A stretch of 64,000 nt of DNA, taken from Burkholderiales bacterium (GTDB lineage: Bacteria > Pseudomonadota > Gammaproteobacteria > Burkholderiales > SG8-39). The stretch covers positions 215,551 to 279,550 of the forward strand of contig JAXMFT010000003.1 of NCBI GenBank assembly GCA_046347635.1, written 5' to 3'. Positions 19,178 through 29,943 of this stretch are shown one piece after another. The notes below the pieces were generated by a model, which saw only the letters and a program-made list of their open reading frames with translations, had not been told where the DNA came from and searched no databases. How positions within the stretch are numbered: the stretch's first letter is position 1; every line of letters starts with the position of its first letter. The translations under genes were made by a program, and so were the position numbers.

Positions 19178-19924
19178 ATGCCCGTATCCCTGGACGCCAC
19201 CACCGGCCAGCACCTCGGCGACCGGACCGAGCAGCAGGACCGCGTCGCGATCATTCCGAGCAAGAAGCTCAAGGGCACCGCGCTCGTGCTCCTCGCCGAC
19301 GGCGCGGGCGGCTACAAGGGCGGCGCCGCGGCGGCCGAGCAGGTGATCGGCACCGGCCTCAACCTGTTCGAGAACTTCGCGCCCAAGACGGAGTCGCCGC
19401 AGGAGCTCCTGCGCCAGCTCGCGCTCGAGGCGCACACCGTCATCCGCCTGAACCGCGTCCTCACCGAGGAGGAGCCGCACAGCACGTTCGTCGCCATGGT
19501 GCTGCAGCCCGACCGCGTGGACTGGGGCTGGGTGGGCGACAGCCGGCTCTACCACTTCAACGGCGCGGCGCTCAAGAGCCGCACCAAGGACCACTCCTAC
19601 GTGCAGCAGCAGATCGACGAGGGGCAGTGGCGCGAGCAGGACCGGCACAAGCACCCGAACCGCAACCTGCTCCTCCAGGCGCTCGGGCACTCCGAGACGC
19701 CGGTGCCGAGCTTCGGCGCCACCGCGCCGCTCGCGGCCAACGACACCTTCCTGCTCTGCTCCGACGGCCTGTGGGATTACTTCAGCGACGCCGAGATCGG
19801 CAAGGCGCTCTCGACGCTCCCGCCGCGCAAGGCGGCCGAGACGCTCATCAGCATCGCACGCACGCGCGCCAAGGGTCGCGGCGACAACGTCTCGGTGGCG
19901 ATCGTCAAGCTGACGCAGACCTGA
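19178..19924 (+). CDS. PP2C-family Ser/Thr protein phosphatase
   Basis: 248 aa with GDRTEQQDR, LADGAGGYKGG and GRGDNVSVAIVKL, which resemble PP2C motifs. Confidence 0.75.
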   Translation: MPVSLDATTGQHLGDRTEQQDRVAIIPSKKLKGTALVLLADGAGGYKGGAAAAEQVIGTGLNLFENFAPKTESPQELLRQLALEAHTVIRLNRVLTEEEPHSTFVAMVLQPDRVDWGWVGDSRLYHFNGAALKSRTKDHSYVQQQIDEGQWREQDRHKHPNRNLLLQALGHSETPVPSFGATAPLAANDTFLLCSDGLWDYFSDAEIGKALSTLPPRKAAETLISIARTRAKGRGDNVSVAIVKLTQT

Positions 19925-19940
19925 GCCGGCCCGCGTCCGG

Positions 19941-21767
19941 TCACCTCCCGTCCAGCCAGCCCCGGCGCAGCCGCAGCGCCCCCGCGGCGGGCCTCTTCTG
20001 GAAGCGCAGGCAGCAGGTGTCGAGCGCCGGCGGGGCGAGCCGCACCGCGAGCTCGAGCAGCTCGTCCCGGCGGAACGCGTGGACGCGCACCGTGTCTCCC
20101 GGGCGCAGGCGGCCGAGCAGCGGCTCGATCGTCCCGGGCGTGGCGCGCAACCCGTCCAGCGCGACCAGCACGTCGCCCGCGGCCAGTCCGGCAGCCTGCG
20201 CCGGGCCGTCGTCGAACACGTGCGTGAGCTTCAGGTCGCCGCCGACGTCCGCCGTGCGCGCCCCCAGCGTGACGCGCCGCGCGCGTGCGGCCGCGCCGGT
20301 GGTCGCCGGGCGCCCGCCGCGGTCGCCCGCGGACTCCGCCGCGCGCACCTCGACGTCCACGCCCACCGCCGCGAGCAGGGACTCGAGCGGCAGGTCGGCG
20401 GTCGAGCGCAGGGCGCGGTCGAAGAAGCTGCGCAGCCTCACCCCGGTCACCTCCTCGGCGAGGCGCTCGACGCCGTCCTCGGGCACGCCGGCGCCGCGCC
20501 TTCCGTAGCGCCGCCACAGCGCGCGCATGACGTCGTCGAGCGAGCGGCGCCCGCCGGTCCGGCTGCGGACGAGGAGATCGGCGCAGAGCGCGACCAGGCT
20601 GCCCTTGCCGTAGTAGCTCACGAGGGCGTTCGGGGCGTTCTCGTCCTGGCGGTAGTACTTGATCCACGCGTCCCAGCTCGACTCGGCCAGCGTCTGGCGC
20701 CGCCGCCCGGGGGTGCGCAGGAGCTGCGTGATCGCGCGGCCGAGCACCTCCAGGTACTGCTCGGGCGTCAGCAGGCCGCAGCGCACGAGCGCGAGGTCGT
20801 CGTAGTAGGAAGTGATCCCCTCGAACGCCCACAGGGTCGCGGTGTAGTTCTCGCGGTCGAGCGCGTACGGGGTGAACGCCTGCGGCTTGATGCGCTTGAC
20901 GTTCCAGGTGTGGAAGTACTCGTGGCTCGCCAGCCCGAGGAAGGTGCGATAGCTGTCGGTCGCCGCCGTGACGCCGGGCTGCGGCAGGTCGTCGCGGCTG
21001 CACACGAGCGCGGTCGAGGCGCGGTGCTCGAGCCCGCCGTAGCCCTCGCCGAGCGCGGTGACGAGAAACACGTAGCGTTCCATCGGCGGCGGTCCGCCGA
21101 AGAGGCGGACGTGCTGCTCGCACACGCGCTTCAGGTCGCGCGCGAGGCGCGCGAGATCGCAGCGCTGGCGCCCGGTGAGCGCGACCTCGTGCGGGACGCC
21201 CTGCACGCTGAACGCAACGTGCGCGAACGTCCCCATCTCCACCGGGTGGTCGATCAGCTCGTCGTAGTCCTGCGCCGCGTACGTCCCGAAGCCATAGGCG
21301 CGCGCGCCCGCGCGCGCGAGCGACGTGGCCACCCGCCAGCGCGCATACCGCCGGCCGGGCGGCGCGAGGATCTCCACCTCGCACGGCCGGTCCTCCTTGC
21401 CGATCACCCGCAGAAAGACCGACGTGCCGTTGAAGAAGCCGTGCGACGCGTCGAGGTGCGCGCCGCGCACCGAGAGGTCCCAGGCGTAGATCTCGGCGCT
21501 GACCGTGAGCGGCCCGCGGCACGGCGCCGCGCGCCAGGTGTGCTTGTCGAGCTTCGCGAGCGGCACGGCGGCGCCGCGGGACTCCGCGTGGACCGAGACC
21601 ACGTGCCGGGCGAACTCCCGGATCATGTAGCTGCCCGGGATCCACGCCGGCAGCGCAAAGCGCTGTCCCGCGGGGTCCGGGTCGGCGACGGTGCACGCGA
21701 CCTCGAAGCGATGCGCCTGCGGACGGCGCGGCTGGATGCGGTAGCGGACCGGCGGCAGCGGTTTCAT
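19941..21767 (-). CDS. M61-family metallopeptidase with C-terminal PDZ domain
   Basis: C-terminal 608 codons of the 963-aa ORF, starting at ATG 21767 (MKPLPPVRYRIQP...). LASHEYFHTWNVKRIKP is an HExxH zinc motif. The C-terminal GDVLVALDG region is PDZ-like. Confidence 0.75.
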   Translation of the reverse strand: MKPLPPVRYRIQPRRPQAHRFEVACTVADPDPAGQRFALPAWIPGSYMIREFARHVVSVHAESRGAAVPLAKLDKHTWRAAPCRGPLTVSAEIYAWDLSVRGAHLDASHGFFNGTSVFLRVIGKEDRPCEVEILAPPGRRYARWRVATSLARAGARAYGFGTYAAQDYDELIDHPVEMGTFAHVAFSVQGVPHEVALTGRQRCDLARLARDLKRVCEQHVRLFGGPPPMERYVFLVTALGEGYGGLEHRASTALVCSRDDLPQPGVTAATDSYRTFLGLASHEYFHTWNVKRIKPQAFTPYALDRENYTATLWAFEGITSYYDDLALVRCGLLTPEQYLEVLGRAITQLLRTPGRRRQTLAESSWDAWIKYYRQDENAPNALVSYYGKGSLVALCADLLVRSRTGGRRSLDDVMRALWRRYGRRGAGVPEDGVERLAEEVTGVRLRSFFDRALRSTADLPLESLLAAVGVDVEVRAAESAGDRGGRPATTGAAARARRVTLGARTADVGGDLKLTHVFDDGPAQAAGLAAGDVLVALDGLRATPGTIEPLLGRLRPGDTVRVHAFRRDELLELAVRLAPPALDTCCLRFQKRPAAGALRLRRGWLDGR

Positions 21768-22723
21768 TGATTGCGCTCGCTTTTCTGCCGCCGGGCGCGG
21801 GATTCGGCGGTTGCGCGTTCGGCCGCGGCCGACCTCAGCCAGTCCACGAACGCCAGCGCCGCGGCCCGGTCGGCCGCGCGCGGCGCCAGGATCGCGTAGT
21901 ACGCGCGGGCCAGGCCGGGCGAGGTGAGGCGCCGCCCGAACGGCGCGACCAGCCGCCCGGAGCGCAGCAGCTCGTTGGCGAGCGGCACGCTGCCGAGGGC
22001 GACGCCCTGTCCGGCCACCGCCGCGTGGATCACCTGGTCGGGCTGGCTGAAGCGCACCATGCCGGCGGGCTTCGGCATCGCGACGCGCATGGTCTCGAAC
22101 CAGACGCGCCAGGTCAGCCACGGCGTGCGCTCGGCTTCGTCGTACTCGAGCAGCACGCAACGCGCGAGGTCGCCCGGTCGCTCGAGCCGCGCGGCGCGAC
22201 ACACCCCCGGACTCGCCACCGGCAGCACGCGCACGCCGAAGAGCCGCGCGGCGCCCGGCCCCGCCATCGCCGGCGGGCAGTAGCGCACCGCCACGTCGAT
22301 GCGCTCGCGCTCCAGGTCCTGGATCCGGTTCTCGGCGACCAGGCGCACCTGGATCCCCGGGTGAGCCGACTGGAACCGCACCAGCCGCGGGACGAGCCAG
22401 AGCGACGCGAACGAAACGGTGGTGGCGACCGTCAGCGCCGCGCTCGACCTGCCGGCGCGCACCGACAGCGTGGCTGCGCGCAGGTCGTCGAGCGCCGCGC
22501 GCACGGCCTTGAAGTAGCGCTGTCCCTCGTCGGTGAGCAGCAGCGCGCGGATGCGGCGCTGGAAGAGCTGCACGCCGAGCTGCGCCTCGAGCGCCTGCAC
22601 CTGCCGGCTGATCGCCGACTGGGTGAGGAAGAGCTCCTCCCCCGCCTTGGTGAACGACAGGTGGCGCGCGGCGGCCTCGAAGCCCTTCAGCAGGTCGAGC
22701 GACGGCAGCTCGCGCATCGGCAT
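21764..22723 (-). CDS. LysR-family transcriptional regulator
   Basis: 319 aa. LLKGFEAAARHLSFTKAGEELFLTQSAISRQVQALEAQLG is a winged HTH. Its stop overlaps the M61 peptidase start (21764-21767). Confidence 0.9.
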   Translation of the reverse strand: MPMRELPSLDLLKGFEAAARHLSFTKAGEELFLTQSAISRQVQALEAQLGVQLFQRRIRALLLTDEGQRYFKAVRAALDDLRAATLSVRAGRSSAALTVATTVSFASLWLVPRLVRFQSAHPGIQVRLVAENRIQDLERERIDVAVRYCPPAMAGPGAARLFGVRVLPVASPGVCRAARLERPGDLARCVLLEYDEAERTPWLTWRVWFETMRVAMPKPAGMVRFSQPDQVIHAAVAGQGVALGSVPLANELLRSGRLVAPFGRRLTSPGLARAYYAILAPRAADRAAALAFVDWLRSAAAERATAESRARRQKSERNQ

Positions 22724-22746
22724 ATGGATTCCCGTTCCTCATCCAT
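22724..22746. promoter_or_regulatory. LysR-type T-N11-A box: ATGGAT-N11-ATCCAT
   Basis: A perfect 6-bp inverted repeat with an 11-nt spacer. It abuts the LysR start codon in the divergent intergenic region. Confidence 0.5.
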
Positions 22747-22861
22747 GCAGTGCGGACAAGTCGTTTGCCGCCCGCCTTCGGGGCGGCAACACTTCGTCCC
22801 GTGGCGCCGGCGCTCTGGCGCGCCGGACGCATGACCGGAACGCATTATCGGGAGCGAGACC

Positions 22862-23146
22862 ATGCAGATCAAGGCCACCACCGCCCTCCTCGCGCTCGCG
22901 CGCGGGTCGGCGCTCACCTTGCAGGACGCGCGCGGCGCGCGCGTGCGCGTGCTCGCCGGGCGGCTGTGGATCACCCAGGACCGCGACCGCAAGGATCACT
23001 TCGTCGACGCCGGCGCGAGCTTCCGCATCGATCGCCCCGGACCGACGGTCGTCGAGGCGACCCGCGCGGCGCGGTTCGTCGTCGAATCGCCGGTCGCGGG
23101 CGCGCTCGAGGCCTGGTGGCCGCCGGCCGCGCGCGTCGGGGGGTGA
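22862..23146 (+). CDS. DUF2917-like small protein, divergent from the LysR gene
   Basis: 94 aa. LALARGSALTLQDARGARVRVLAGRLWITQDRDRKDHFVDAG matches my recollection of the DUF2917 pattern, and the divergent placement next to a LysR gene is typical. Confidence 0.5.
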   Translation: MQIKATTALLALARGSALTLQDARGARVRVLAGRLWITQDRDRKDHFVDAGASFRIDRPGPTVVEATRAARFVVESPVAGALEAWWPPAARVGG

Positions 23147-23198
23147 CCGGTTCGACCCGGTCGACGCCGCGCGCGGCGCACGGCGCGCCGGAGCGCGC

Positions 23199-23789
23199 TC
23201 AGCCGCGCGCGAGGTCGGCGGGCGTGTCGATGTCCCGCACCACGCCCGGATCGTCCACTGCGACGCGCACCAGCGCGCCCGCATCGGCCTTGACGATCTC
23301 GCGCGCGCCCGCGTCGCCGGTGAGCCGCTCGAGCGCGGCGCGGTAGGCGCCCGCGAAGCCCACCGGGTGCCCGCGCTCGCCGCGATAGTCGGGCGCGGCG
23401 ATGGCCGCGCCGCCGGCGACCGCCGCCGCGACGCGGCGGATCGACTCGGGGTCGACGAACGGCATGTCGGCGAGCGCGACCACCCATCCGTCCGCGCCGC
23501 CCGCAGCGCGCACCGCGTGCGCGAGCGTGACCCCCATGCCCTCGGCGGCGTTCGGGCAGACGGTGACGTCGGCGCCCGCCGCGCGCAGCGCGCGCTCGAG
23601 CTCGGGCGCGCCGGGCCGCACCACCGCGACCACGCGCGCGAGCGCGGCGGCCAGGTTGCGCGCCGCGGCGACGGCGATCGGCGTGCCGTCGGGCAGCGGA
23701 TGGAGGAGCTTGTCGGCGCCGAAGCGCCGCGCCGACCCGCCGGCGAGCAGGATGCCGACGATGCGGTCCGGGCGGACCCCGGCGCTCAA
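23199..23789 (-). CDS. MobA/MocA-like nucleotidyltransferase (molybdenum cofactor cytidylyl/guanylyl-transferase family)
   Basis: C-terminal ~196 codons of the 779-aa [21 protein letters not shown] is an NTP-transferase motif. The proposed TTG start at 23789 overlaps the xdhC-like stop (TTGA). The start codon is uncertain. Confidence 0.65.
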   Translation of the reverse strand: MSAGVRPDRIVGILLAGGSARRFGADKLLHPLPDGTPIAVAAARNLAAALARVVAVVRPGAPELERALRAAGADVTVCPNAAEGMGVTLAHAVRAAGGADGWVVALADMPFVDPESIRRVAAAVAGGAAIAAPDYRGERGHPVGFAGAYRAALERLTGDAGAREIVKADAGALVRVAVDDPGVVRDIDTPADLARG

Positions 23790-24805
23790 CCCTGCTGGAC
23801 CGCGCAGCTCGACGGGGCGAAATCGCTCGCCGGCTGGACGAGGGTGTCGCCGATCGTGACCCCGCGCCGCACCGCGGTCATCTCGGCGAGGATCGCGACC
23901 GCGATCTCGGGCGGGGTCTTGGCCCCGATCTTGAGGCCGACCGGGCCGTGCAGCCGCGCGATCTCGGCCTCGGCGAGGTCGAAGCCGGCGAGCCGCCTGC
24001 GGCGCGCGTCGTTGTTCTTCTTCGAGCCGAGCGCGCCGACGTAGAAGCACGGCGCCTTGAGCGCCTCGAGCAGCGCGGCGTCGTCGAGCTTCGGGTCGTG
24101 CGTCACCGCCACCACCGCCAGGTGCGGGTCGGGATTCATCGCCACCACCGCGTCGTCCGGGTAGCCGCGCACGAGCGTCGCGCCGGCGACGTCCCATTCC
24201 TCGGCGTACTCCTCGCGCGGGTCGCAGACCGTCACGTGGTAGTCGAGCGCCATCGCCATCTGCGCGAGGTACCTGCTCGTCTGCCCGGCGCCGATCACGA
24301 GCAGCCGCCAGCGCGGGCCGTGCACGGTCTTGAGGACGCGGTCGTCGAACTCGAGCGCGTCCGACCAGTTCCCCGGCTGGAGGCGCACCGCGCCGGTGTC
24401 CATGTCGAGAAAGCGGGCCACGAGTTCGTGCCGCTCGATCGCCTCGAGCAGCTCGCGCAGCTTTGCGCCCTTGCCGAGCGGCTCGAGGACGATCTGCAGG
24501 GTGCCGCCGCACGGCAGGCCGTAGCGGCGCGCGTCCTCCTCGGTCACCCCGTAGGTCACCGTCTCCGGCTTGCCGGAGGCGAGCCGGTGGCTCTTCACCT
24601 TGGCGATCAGGTCGTCCTCGACGCAGCCGCCCGAGACCGACCCGACGACGTGGCCGTCGTCGCGGATCACCAGCATCGCGCCCACCGGCCGCGGGGCCGA
24701 GCCCCAGGTGCGGGTCACCGTGCCGATCGTCGCGCCGCGCCCGGCCTCGGTCCAGCTCACCGCGGCCTTGATGACCTCCAGATCCACGCTGTCCATGCGC
24801 CGCAT
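23786..24805 (-). CDS. XdhC/CoxI-family molybdoenzyme maturation protein
   Basis: 339 aa. The N-terminal region [35 protein letters not shown] and a Rossmann-like C-terminal half ([14 protein letters not shown]) support the call. Confidence 0.8.
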   Translation of the reverse strand: MRRMDSVDLEVIKAAVSWTEAGRGATIGTVTRTWGSAPRPVGAMLVIRDDGHVVGSVSGGCVEDDLIAKVKSHRLASGKPETVTYGVTEEDARRYGLPCGGTLQIVLEPLGKGAKLRELLEAIERHELVARFLDMDTGAVRLQPGNWSDALEFDDRVLKTVHGPRWRLLVIGAGQTSRYLAQMAMALDYHVTVCDPREEYAEEWDVAGATLVRGYPDDAVVAMNPDPHLAVVAVTHDPKLDDAALLEALKAPCFYVGALGSKKNNDARRRRLAGFDLAEAEIARLHGPVGLKIGAKTPPEIAVAILAEMTAVRRGVTIGDTLVQPASDFAPSSCAVQQG

Positions 24806-25061
24806 CCTCGAGGGCTGATGCGCACATTCTAGGCCCCTCGGCGCAGCGCGTCACCCCCGCGCGAGCGCGGCCGCCGGGCACCCGATCGCGAGCCGCGCTT
24901 CGGTTGCCTCGGCCATATCCATGGGCTAGCATTCCCGCTCTGATCGCGGCGCGCCGGTCCGGCGCGCCTTTCCCGTTCCGGGCGCAGGGCACGCTAGGAG
25001 GATTTTCGCCGCAGTGCAAGACCGGAGTCCCTGCGCGAGCGCGGCGCGCGCGCCCGAGACA

Positions 25062-25091
25062 GCATCGACCCATACCGCATCGACCCATACC
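25062..25091 (+). repeat. Perfect tandem direct repeat, 2 x 15 bp (GCATCGACCCATACC)
   Basis: Read directly from the sequence. It ends 31 nt upstream of the coxS ATG. Its function is unknown, and a regulator binding site is possible. Confidence 0.9.
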
Positions 25092-25122
25092 AAGACCAAC
25101 ACCGGAGCCGAAGGAGACCGCA

Positions 25123-25590
<468 letters not shown>

Positions 25591-25600
25591 GAGGCGCGCC

Positions 25601-27967
25601 ATGAGCACCAATCTCATCGGTCAGGCGGTCAAGCGGCGCGAGGACTACCGTTTCCTCACCGGCGCCGGGCAGTACACCGACGACGTGCAGCTGCCCAACC
25701 AGACCTACGCGTGCTTCGTGCGCTCGCCGCACGCGCACGCGAAGATCAAGGCGATCCGCAAGGACGAGGCCGCGCGCGCCCCCGGCGTGGTCGCGATTTA
25801 CACCGGCGAGGACATCGCCGCGGCCAAAGTCGGCGGGCTGCCCTGCGGCTGGCTCATCACCGACGTGAACGGCCAGCCGATGAAGGAGCCGCCGCACCCG
25901 GTGCTCGCGCAGGGCAAGGTGCGCTACGTCGGCGACCACGTGGCGATCGTGATCGCCGAGAGCTACGCCCAGGCGAAGGACGCCGCCGAGCGGGTGGAGG
26001 TCGACTACGAGGTGCTGCCGGCGGTGGTGGACGCGCTGGACGCGACGAAAAAGGGCGCCCCGGCGCTGCACGAGGCCGCGCCCGACAACACCTGCTACGT
26101 GTGGGCGCTCGGCGACAAGGCGGCGGTGGACAAGGCGTTCGCTTCCGCGGCGCACGTCACCACGCTCGAGTTCGTGAACAACCGGCTCATCCCGAACGCG
26201 ATCGAGCCGCGCGCGGCCACCGGCGCGTACAGCCGCGCCGACGACAGCTACACGCTGTACGTCGCGAGCCAGAACCCGCACGTCGAGCGGCTGCTGATGA
26301 CCGCGTTCGTGCTCGGCCTGCCCGAGCACAAGGTGCGCGTGGTCGCGCCCGACGTCGGCGGCGGCTTCGGGTCGAAGATCTATCTGTACGCCGAGGACGT
26401 GGTCGTCACTTGGGCCGCGAAGCAGGTGAACCGGCCGGTCAAGTGGACCGCGGAGCGCACCGAGTCGTTCCAGTCCGACGCGCACGGCCGCGACCACCTG
26501 ACCAGGGCGGAGCTCGCGCTCGACAAGAACGGCAAGTTCCTGGCGATGCGGGTGCACACCACGGCGAACCTGGGCGCGTACCTGTCCACGTTCGCCTCCT
26601 GCATCCCGACCATCCTGTACGCGACGCTGCTCGCCGGGCAGTACGCCACCCCGGCGATCTACTGCGAGGTGAAGGCGGTGTTCACCAACACCGCGCCGGT
26701 CGACGCGTACCGCGGCGCGGGGCGCCCCGAGGCGGCCTACGTCGTCGAGCGCCTGGTCGAGACCGCCGCGCGCGAGCTCAAGACCGACCCGGCCGAGCTG
26801 CGGCGGAAGAACTTCATCACCCAGTTCCCCTACCAGACGCCGGTCGCGCTCCTCTACGACACCGGCGACTTCAACGCGACGCTCACCGAAGCGCAGAGGC
26901 TCGCCGACGTCGAGGGCTACGCCGCGCGCAAGAAGGCCTCCGAGGCGAAGGGCCGGCTGCGCGGCCGCGGCTACGCCTGCTACATCGAGGCGTGCGGCAT
27001 CGCGCCGTCGTCGGTCGCGGGGTCGCTCGGCGCGCGCGCGGGCCTGTTCGAGGCGGGCGAGGTGCGCGTGCACCCGACCGGCAAGGTGACGGTGTTCACC
27101 GGCTCGCACAGCCACGGCCAGGGGCACGAGACCACGTTCGCGCAGGTGGTCGCCTCGCGGCTCGGCATCCCGCTCGCGGACGTCGACATCGTGCACGGCG
27201 ACACCTCGAAGGTCCTGTTCGGGATGGGGACGTACGGCTCGCGCTCGCTCGCGGTCGGCGGCACGGCGATCGTGAAGGCGCTGGACAAGGTGGTGAGCAA
27301 GGGCCGCAAGATCGCCGCCCACCTGCTCGAGGCCGCCGAGAGCGACATCGAGTTCAAGGACGGCTTCTTCCAGGTCGCCGGCACCGACAAGAAGAAGGCG
27401 TTCGCGGAGATCGCGCTGACTGCGTACGTGCCGCACAACTTCCCGCACGACAAGCTCGAGCCCGGCCTGAACGAGAACGCGTTCTACGACCCCAGCAACT
27501 TCACCTTCCCGGCGGGGAGCTACGTCTGCGAGGTCGAGGTCGACCCCGAGACCGGGCAGGTGGCGATCGACAAGTGGGTCGCGGTGGACGACTTCGGCAA
27601 GATCGTCAACCCGATGATCGTCGAGGGCCAGGTGCACGGCGGCCTGGTGCAGGGCATCGGCCAGGCGCTCACCGAGGGCTGCCGGTACGACCGGCAGACC
27701 GGGCAGCTGCTCACCGGCACGATGTCCGACTACGCCATGCCGCGCGCCGACGACGTGCCGTCGTTCGTCGTGGGGACGAAGGAGACCCCGTGCACGCACA
27801 ACCCGCTCGGCGTCAAGGGTTGCGGCGAGGCGGGCGCGATCGGCGCGCCGGCGGCGCTCATGAACGCGATCACCGACGCGCTCGGGATCAAGGACATGCC
27901 GATGCCGGCGAGCCCGCAGAACGTGTGGGCCGCGATCCAGGCGAACAAGGTCAAGAAGGCGGCTTGA
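25601..27967 (+). CDS. coxL: Molybdopterin-binding large subunit, form-II (putative) CO dehydrogenase / XDH family
   Basis: 788 aa. The active-site loop AYRGAGR is encoded at 26705-26725, which is the form-II/BMS signature rather than the form-I VAYRCSFR. Confidence 0.85.
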   Translation: MSTNLIGQAVKRREDYRFLTGAGQYTDDVQLPNQTYACFVRSPHAHAKIKAIRKDEAARAPGVVAIYTGEDIAAAKVGGLPCGWLITDVNGQPMKEPPHPVLAQGKVRYVGDHVAIVIAESYAQAKDAAERVEVDYEVLPAVVDALDATKKGAPALHEAAPDNTCYVWALGDKAAVDKAFASAAHVTTLEFVNNRLIPNAIEPRAATGAYSRADDSYTLYVASQNPHVERLLMTAFVLGLPEHKVRVVAPDVGGGFGSKIYLYAEDVVVTWAAKQVNRPVKWTAERTESFQSDAHGRDHLTRAELALDKNGKFLAMRVHTTANLGAYLSTFASCIPTILYATLLAGQYATPAIYCEVKAVFTNTAPVDAYRGAGRPEAAYVVERLVETAARELKTDPAELRRKNFITQFPYQTPVALLYDTGDFNATLTEAQRLADVEGYAARKKASEAKGRLRGRGYACYIEACGIAPSSVAGSLGARAGLFEAGEVRVHPTGKVTVFTGSHSHGQGHETTFAQVVASRLGIPLADVDIVHGDTSKVLFGMGTYGSRSLAVGGTAIVKALDKVVSKGRKIAAHLLEAAESDIEFKDGFFQVAGTDKKKAFAEIALTAYVPHNFPHDKLEPGLNENAFYDPSNFTFPAGSYVCEVEVDPETGQVAIDKWVAVDDFGKIVNPMIVEGQVHGGLVQGIGQALTEGCRYDRQTGQLLTGTMSDYAMPRADDVPSFVVGTKETPCTHNPLGVKGCGEAGAIGAPAALMNAITDALGIKDMPMPASPQNVWAAIQANKVKKAA

Positions 27968-27979
27968 GGAGAGAGCACC

Positions 27980-28777
27980 ATGTACTCGTTCAACTACCAG
28001 AAGACGAAGTCCGTTGCCGACGCTGCCGCGGCGCTCGGGAAGAACGCGGACGCCAAGCTCCTCGCCGGCGGCCAGTCGCTGCTCGCGGCGATGAAGCTGC
28101 GCCTGTCGCAGCCGGCCCAGCTCCTCGACCTCGGTGAGGTGGCGGAGCTGCGGGGCATCAAGGTGGACGCGGGCGCGGTAACGATCGGCGCGATGACGCG
28201 CCACGCCGAGGTGGCCTCGTCGGCCGACGTGAAGAAGGCCATCCCGGCGCTCGCCGCGCTCGCCGGCATGATCGGCGACCGCATGGTGCGCAACATGGGC
28301 ACCCTCGGCGGCTCGGTCGCGAACAACGATCCGGCGGCGGATTACCCGGCCGCGGTGCTCGGGCTCAACGCCACCGTCGTCACCAACAAGCGCAAGATCG
28401 CGGCCGACGACTTCTTCAAGGGGATGTTCGAGACCGCGCTGCAGCCGGGCGAGATCATCACCGCGGTGTCGTTCCCGGTGCCGAAGCGCGCGGCGTACAT
28501 GAAGTTCAAGAACCCGGCCTCGCGCTACGCGCTGGTGGGCGTCTTCGTCGCCGACACCGCGGGCGGGCCGCGCGTCGCGGTGACCGGCGCCGGGCCGGGC
28601 GTGTTCCGGCAGAAGGACATGGAGAAGGCGCTCGCCGGCAAGTTCGCCCCGGAGTCGGTGGCGAACGTCAAGCAGTCGGACAACGGGTTGAACTCCGACA
28701 TCCATGCCTCGGCGGAGTACCGGGCCCACCTCGTGACGGTGATGGCGAAGCGGGCGGTGGCGGCGGCGCTGGGCTGA
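27980..28777 (+). CDS. coxM: FAD-binding medium subunit of CODH/XDH-family enzyme
   Basis: 265 aa. KLLAGGQSLLAAMKLR is typical of the FAD-binding CoxM/XdhB-like subunit. Confidence 0.9.
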   Translation: MYSFNYQKTKSVADAAAALGKNADAKLLAGGQSLLAAMKLRLSQPAQLLDLGEVAELRGIKVDAGAVTIGAMTRHAEVASSADVKKAIPALAALAGMIGDRMVRNMGTLGGSVANNDPAADYPAAVLGLNATVVTNKRKIAADDFFKGMFETALQPGEIITAVSFPVPKRAAYMKFKNPASRYALVGVFVADTAGGPRVAVTGAGPGVFRQKDMEKALAGKFAPESVANVKQSDNGLNSDIHASAEYRAHLVTVMAKRAVAAALG

Positions 28778-28799
28778 GCCAGCCCGCGACGCGATGGAG

Positions 28800-28826
28800 C
28801 CCCCGCCCAGGCGGGGGTTTCTTTTT
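28800..28826 (+). terminator. Rho-independent terminator after coxM
   Basis: CCCCCGC-ccag-GCGGGGG forms a stem-loop followed by TTTCTTTTT (28818-28826). Confidence 0.65.
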
Positions 28827-28842
28827 CCGGAGCCGGCACCGC

Positions 28843-29835
28843 ATGGCGAAGATCTTTCTCACCCACCCGCCCGAGGCGCTCGCCAACTACTACGGGGACC
28901 GCGCCGTGGCCGGGCTGAAAGCACTGGGCGAGCTGCGCTTGAACGCCGCCGGGCGCGAGCTTTCGCAGGCGGAGCTCGCTGCGGCGGCGGGCGGCTGCGA
29001 GGTCATCGTCTCGTATCGACAGACGCCGGGCACGGCGGAGCTCTTTCGCTCGTGCCCCGGCCTCGTGGCGTTCGTGCGCTGCGCGATCGACATCCGCAAC
29101 GTGGACGTCGCGGCGGCGAGCGCCGAAGGAATTCTGGTCACGCAGGCGAGCGCCGGGTTCGTCGCGTCGGTGAGCGAATGGGTGATCGGCGCGATGGTCG
29201 ACCTCGGGCGGAACCTGACGGCGTCGACCCTGAGCTACCGCGCGGGAGAGGTCCCGAAGGCGCCGATGGGCCGCCAGCTCGAGGGCTCGACGCTCGCCAT
29301 CCTCGGCTACGGCCAGATCGGGCAACGGCTCGCGGCGCTCGCCGTCGCGCTCAAGATGCGCGTGCTCGTCTACGACCCGTACAAGAGCGTCGGGAACCGC
29401 GGCGTGGAGCAGTGCGACCTGCCGCGGGCCCTCGCGGAGTCGGACTTCGTCGCGTGCCTGGTGGTCGCCAACGAGGCAACCGAGAACCTGATGAATGCCG
29501 CGGCGTTCGCGCAGATGAAGCGGGGCGCGTACTTCATCAACGCGTCGCGCGGAAACCTCGTGGACGAGTCGGCGCTGCGCGCCGCGCTCGATTCCGGCCA
29601 CCTCGCCGGCTGCGCGCTGGACGTCGGACGCGCGCCCGACCAGATGCCGAGCCCCGAGCTCGCGCGCCATCCGAGGGTCGTCGCCACACCCCACTCCGCC
29701 GGCCTGACGCTCCCTGCGGTCGAGCACCAGGCGCTCGAGACGGTCGCGCAGGTGGCGGAGATCGTACGCGGGCGCGCACCCAAGGGATCGGTGAATGCCG
29801 ACCGCGCGACGCGGCTCGCGCGGTTGAACGGCTAG
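28843..29835 (+). CDS. D-isomer-specific 2-hydroxyacid dehydrogenase (NAD-binding)
   Basis: 330 aa with ILGYGQIGQRLA (a GxGxxG motif), INASRGNLVDESAL and ATPHSAG, a catalytic His region. Confidence 0.8.
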   Translation: MAKIFLTHPPEALANYYGDRAVAGLKALGELRLNAAGRELSQAELAAAAGGCEVIVSYRQTPGTAELFRSCPGLVAFVRCAIDIRNVDVAAASAEGILVTQASAGFVASVSEWVIGAMVDLGRNLTASTLSYRAGEVPKAPMGRQLEGSTLAILGYGQIGQRLAALAVALKMRVLVYDPYKSVGNRGVEQCDLPRALAESDFVACLVVANEATENLMNAAAFAQMKRGAYFINASRGNLVDESALRAALDSGHLAGCALDVGRAPDQMPSPELARHPRVVATPHSAGLTLPAVEHQALETVAQVAEIVRGRAPKGSVNADRATRLARLNG

Positions 29836-29854
29836 CTGCGGCGAGCGCCTGCGG

Positions 29855-29913
29855 CCGCCCCGCTTCGCCACCGTGTCGTCGCGGGACGCGACGATCACGA
29901 CGAAGCGCGGCGG
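29855..29913. terminator. Extended GC-rich stem-loop between convergent genes (possible bidirectional terminator, no U-tract)
   Basis: CCGCCCCGCTTCG (29855-29867) pairs 12/13 with CGAAGCGCGGCGG (29901-29913). The inner stem GTCGTCGCG/CGCGACGAT encloses a GGA loop. A second small hairpin, CCGGATC-gt-GATCCGG, lies at 29921-29937. Confidence 0.3.
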
Positions 29914-29943
29914 GGAAGTGCCGGATCGTGATCCGGTCGTCCG

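Noticed and set aside
24876-24890. Sigma-54-like GGCAC...GC element upstream of coxS
   Set aside because: The GG-to-GC spacing is one nucleotide short of the -24/-12 consensus, and the -12 region reads CGCG rather than TTGC. No enhancer-binding-protein gene is nearby.
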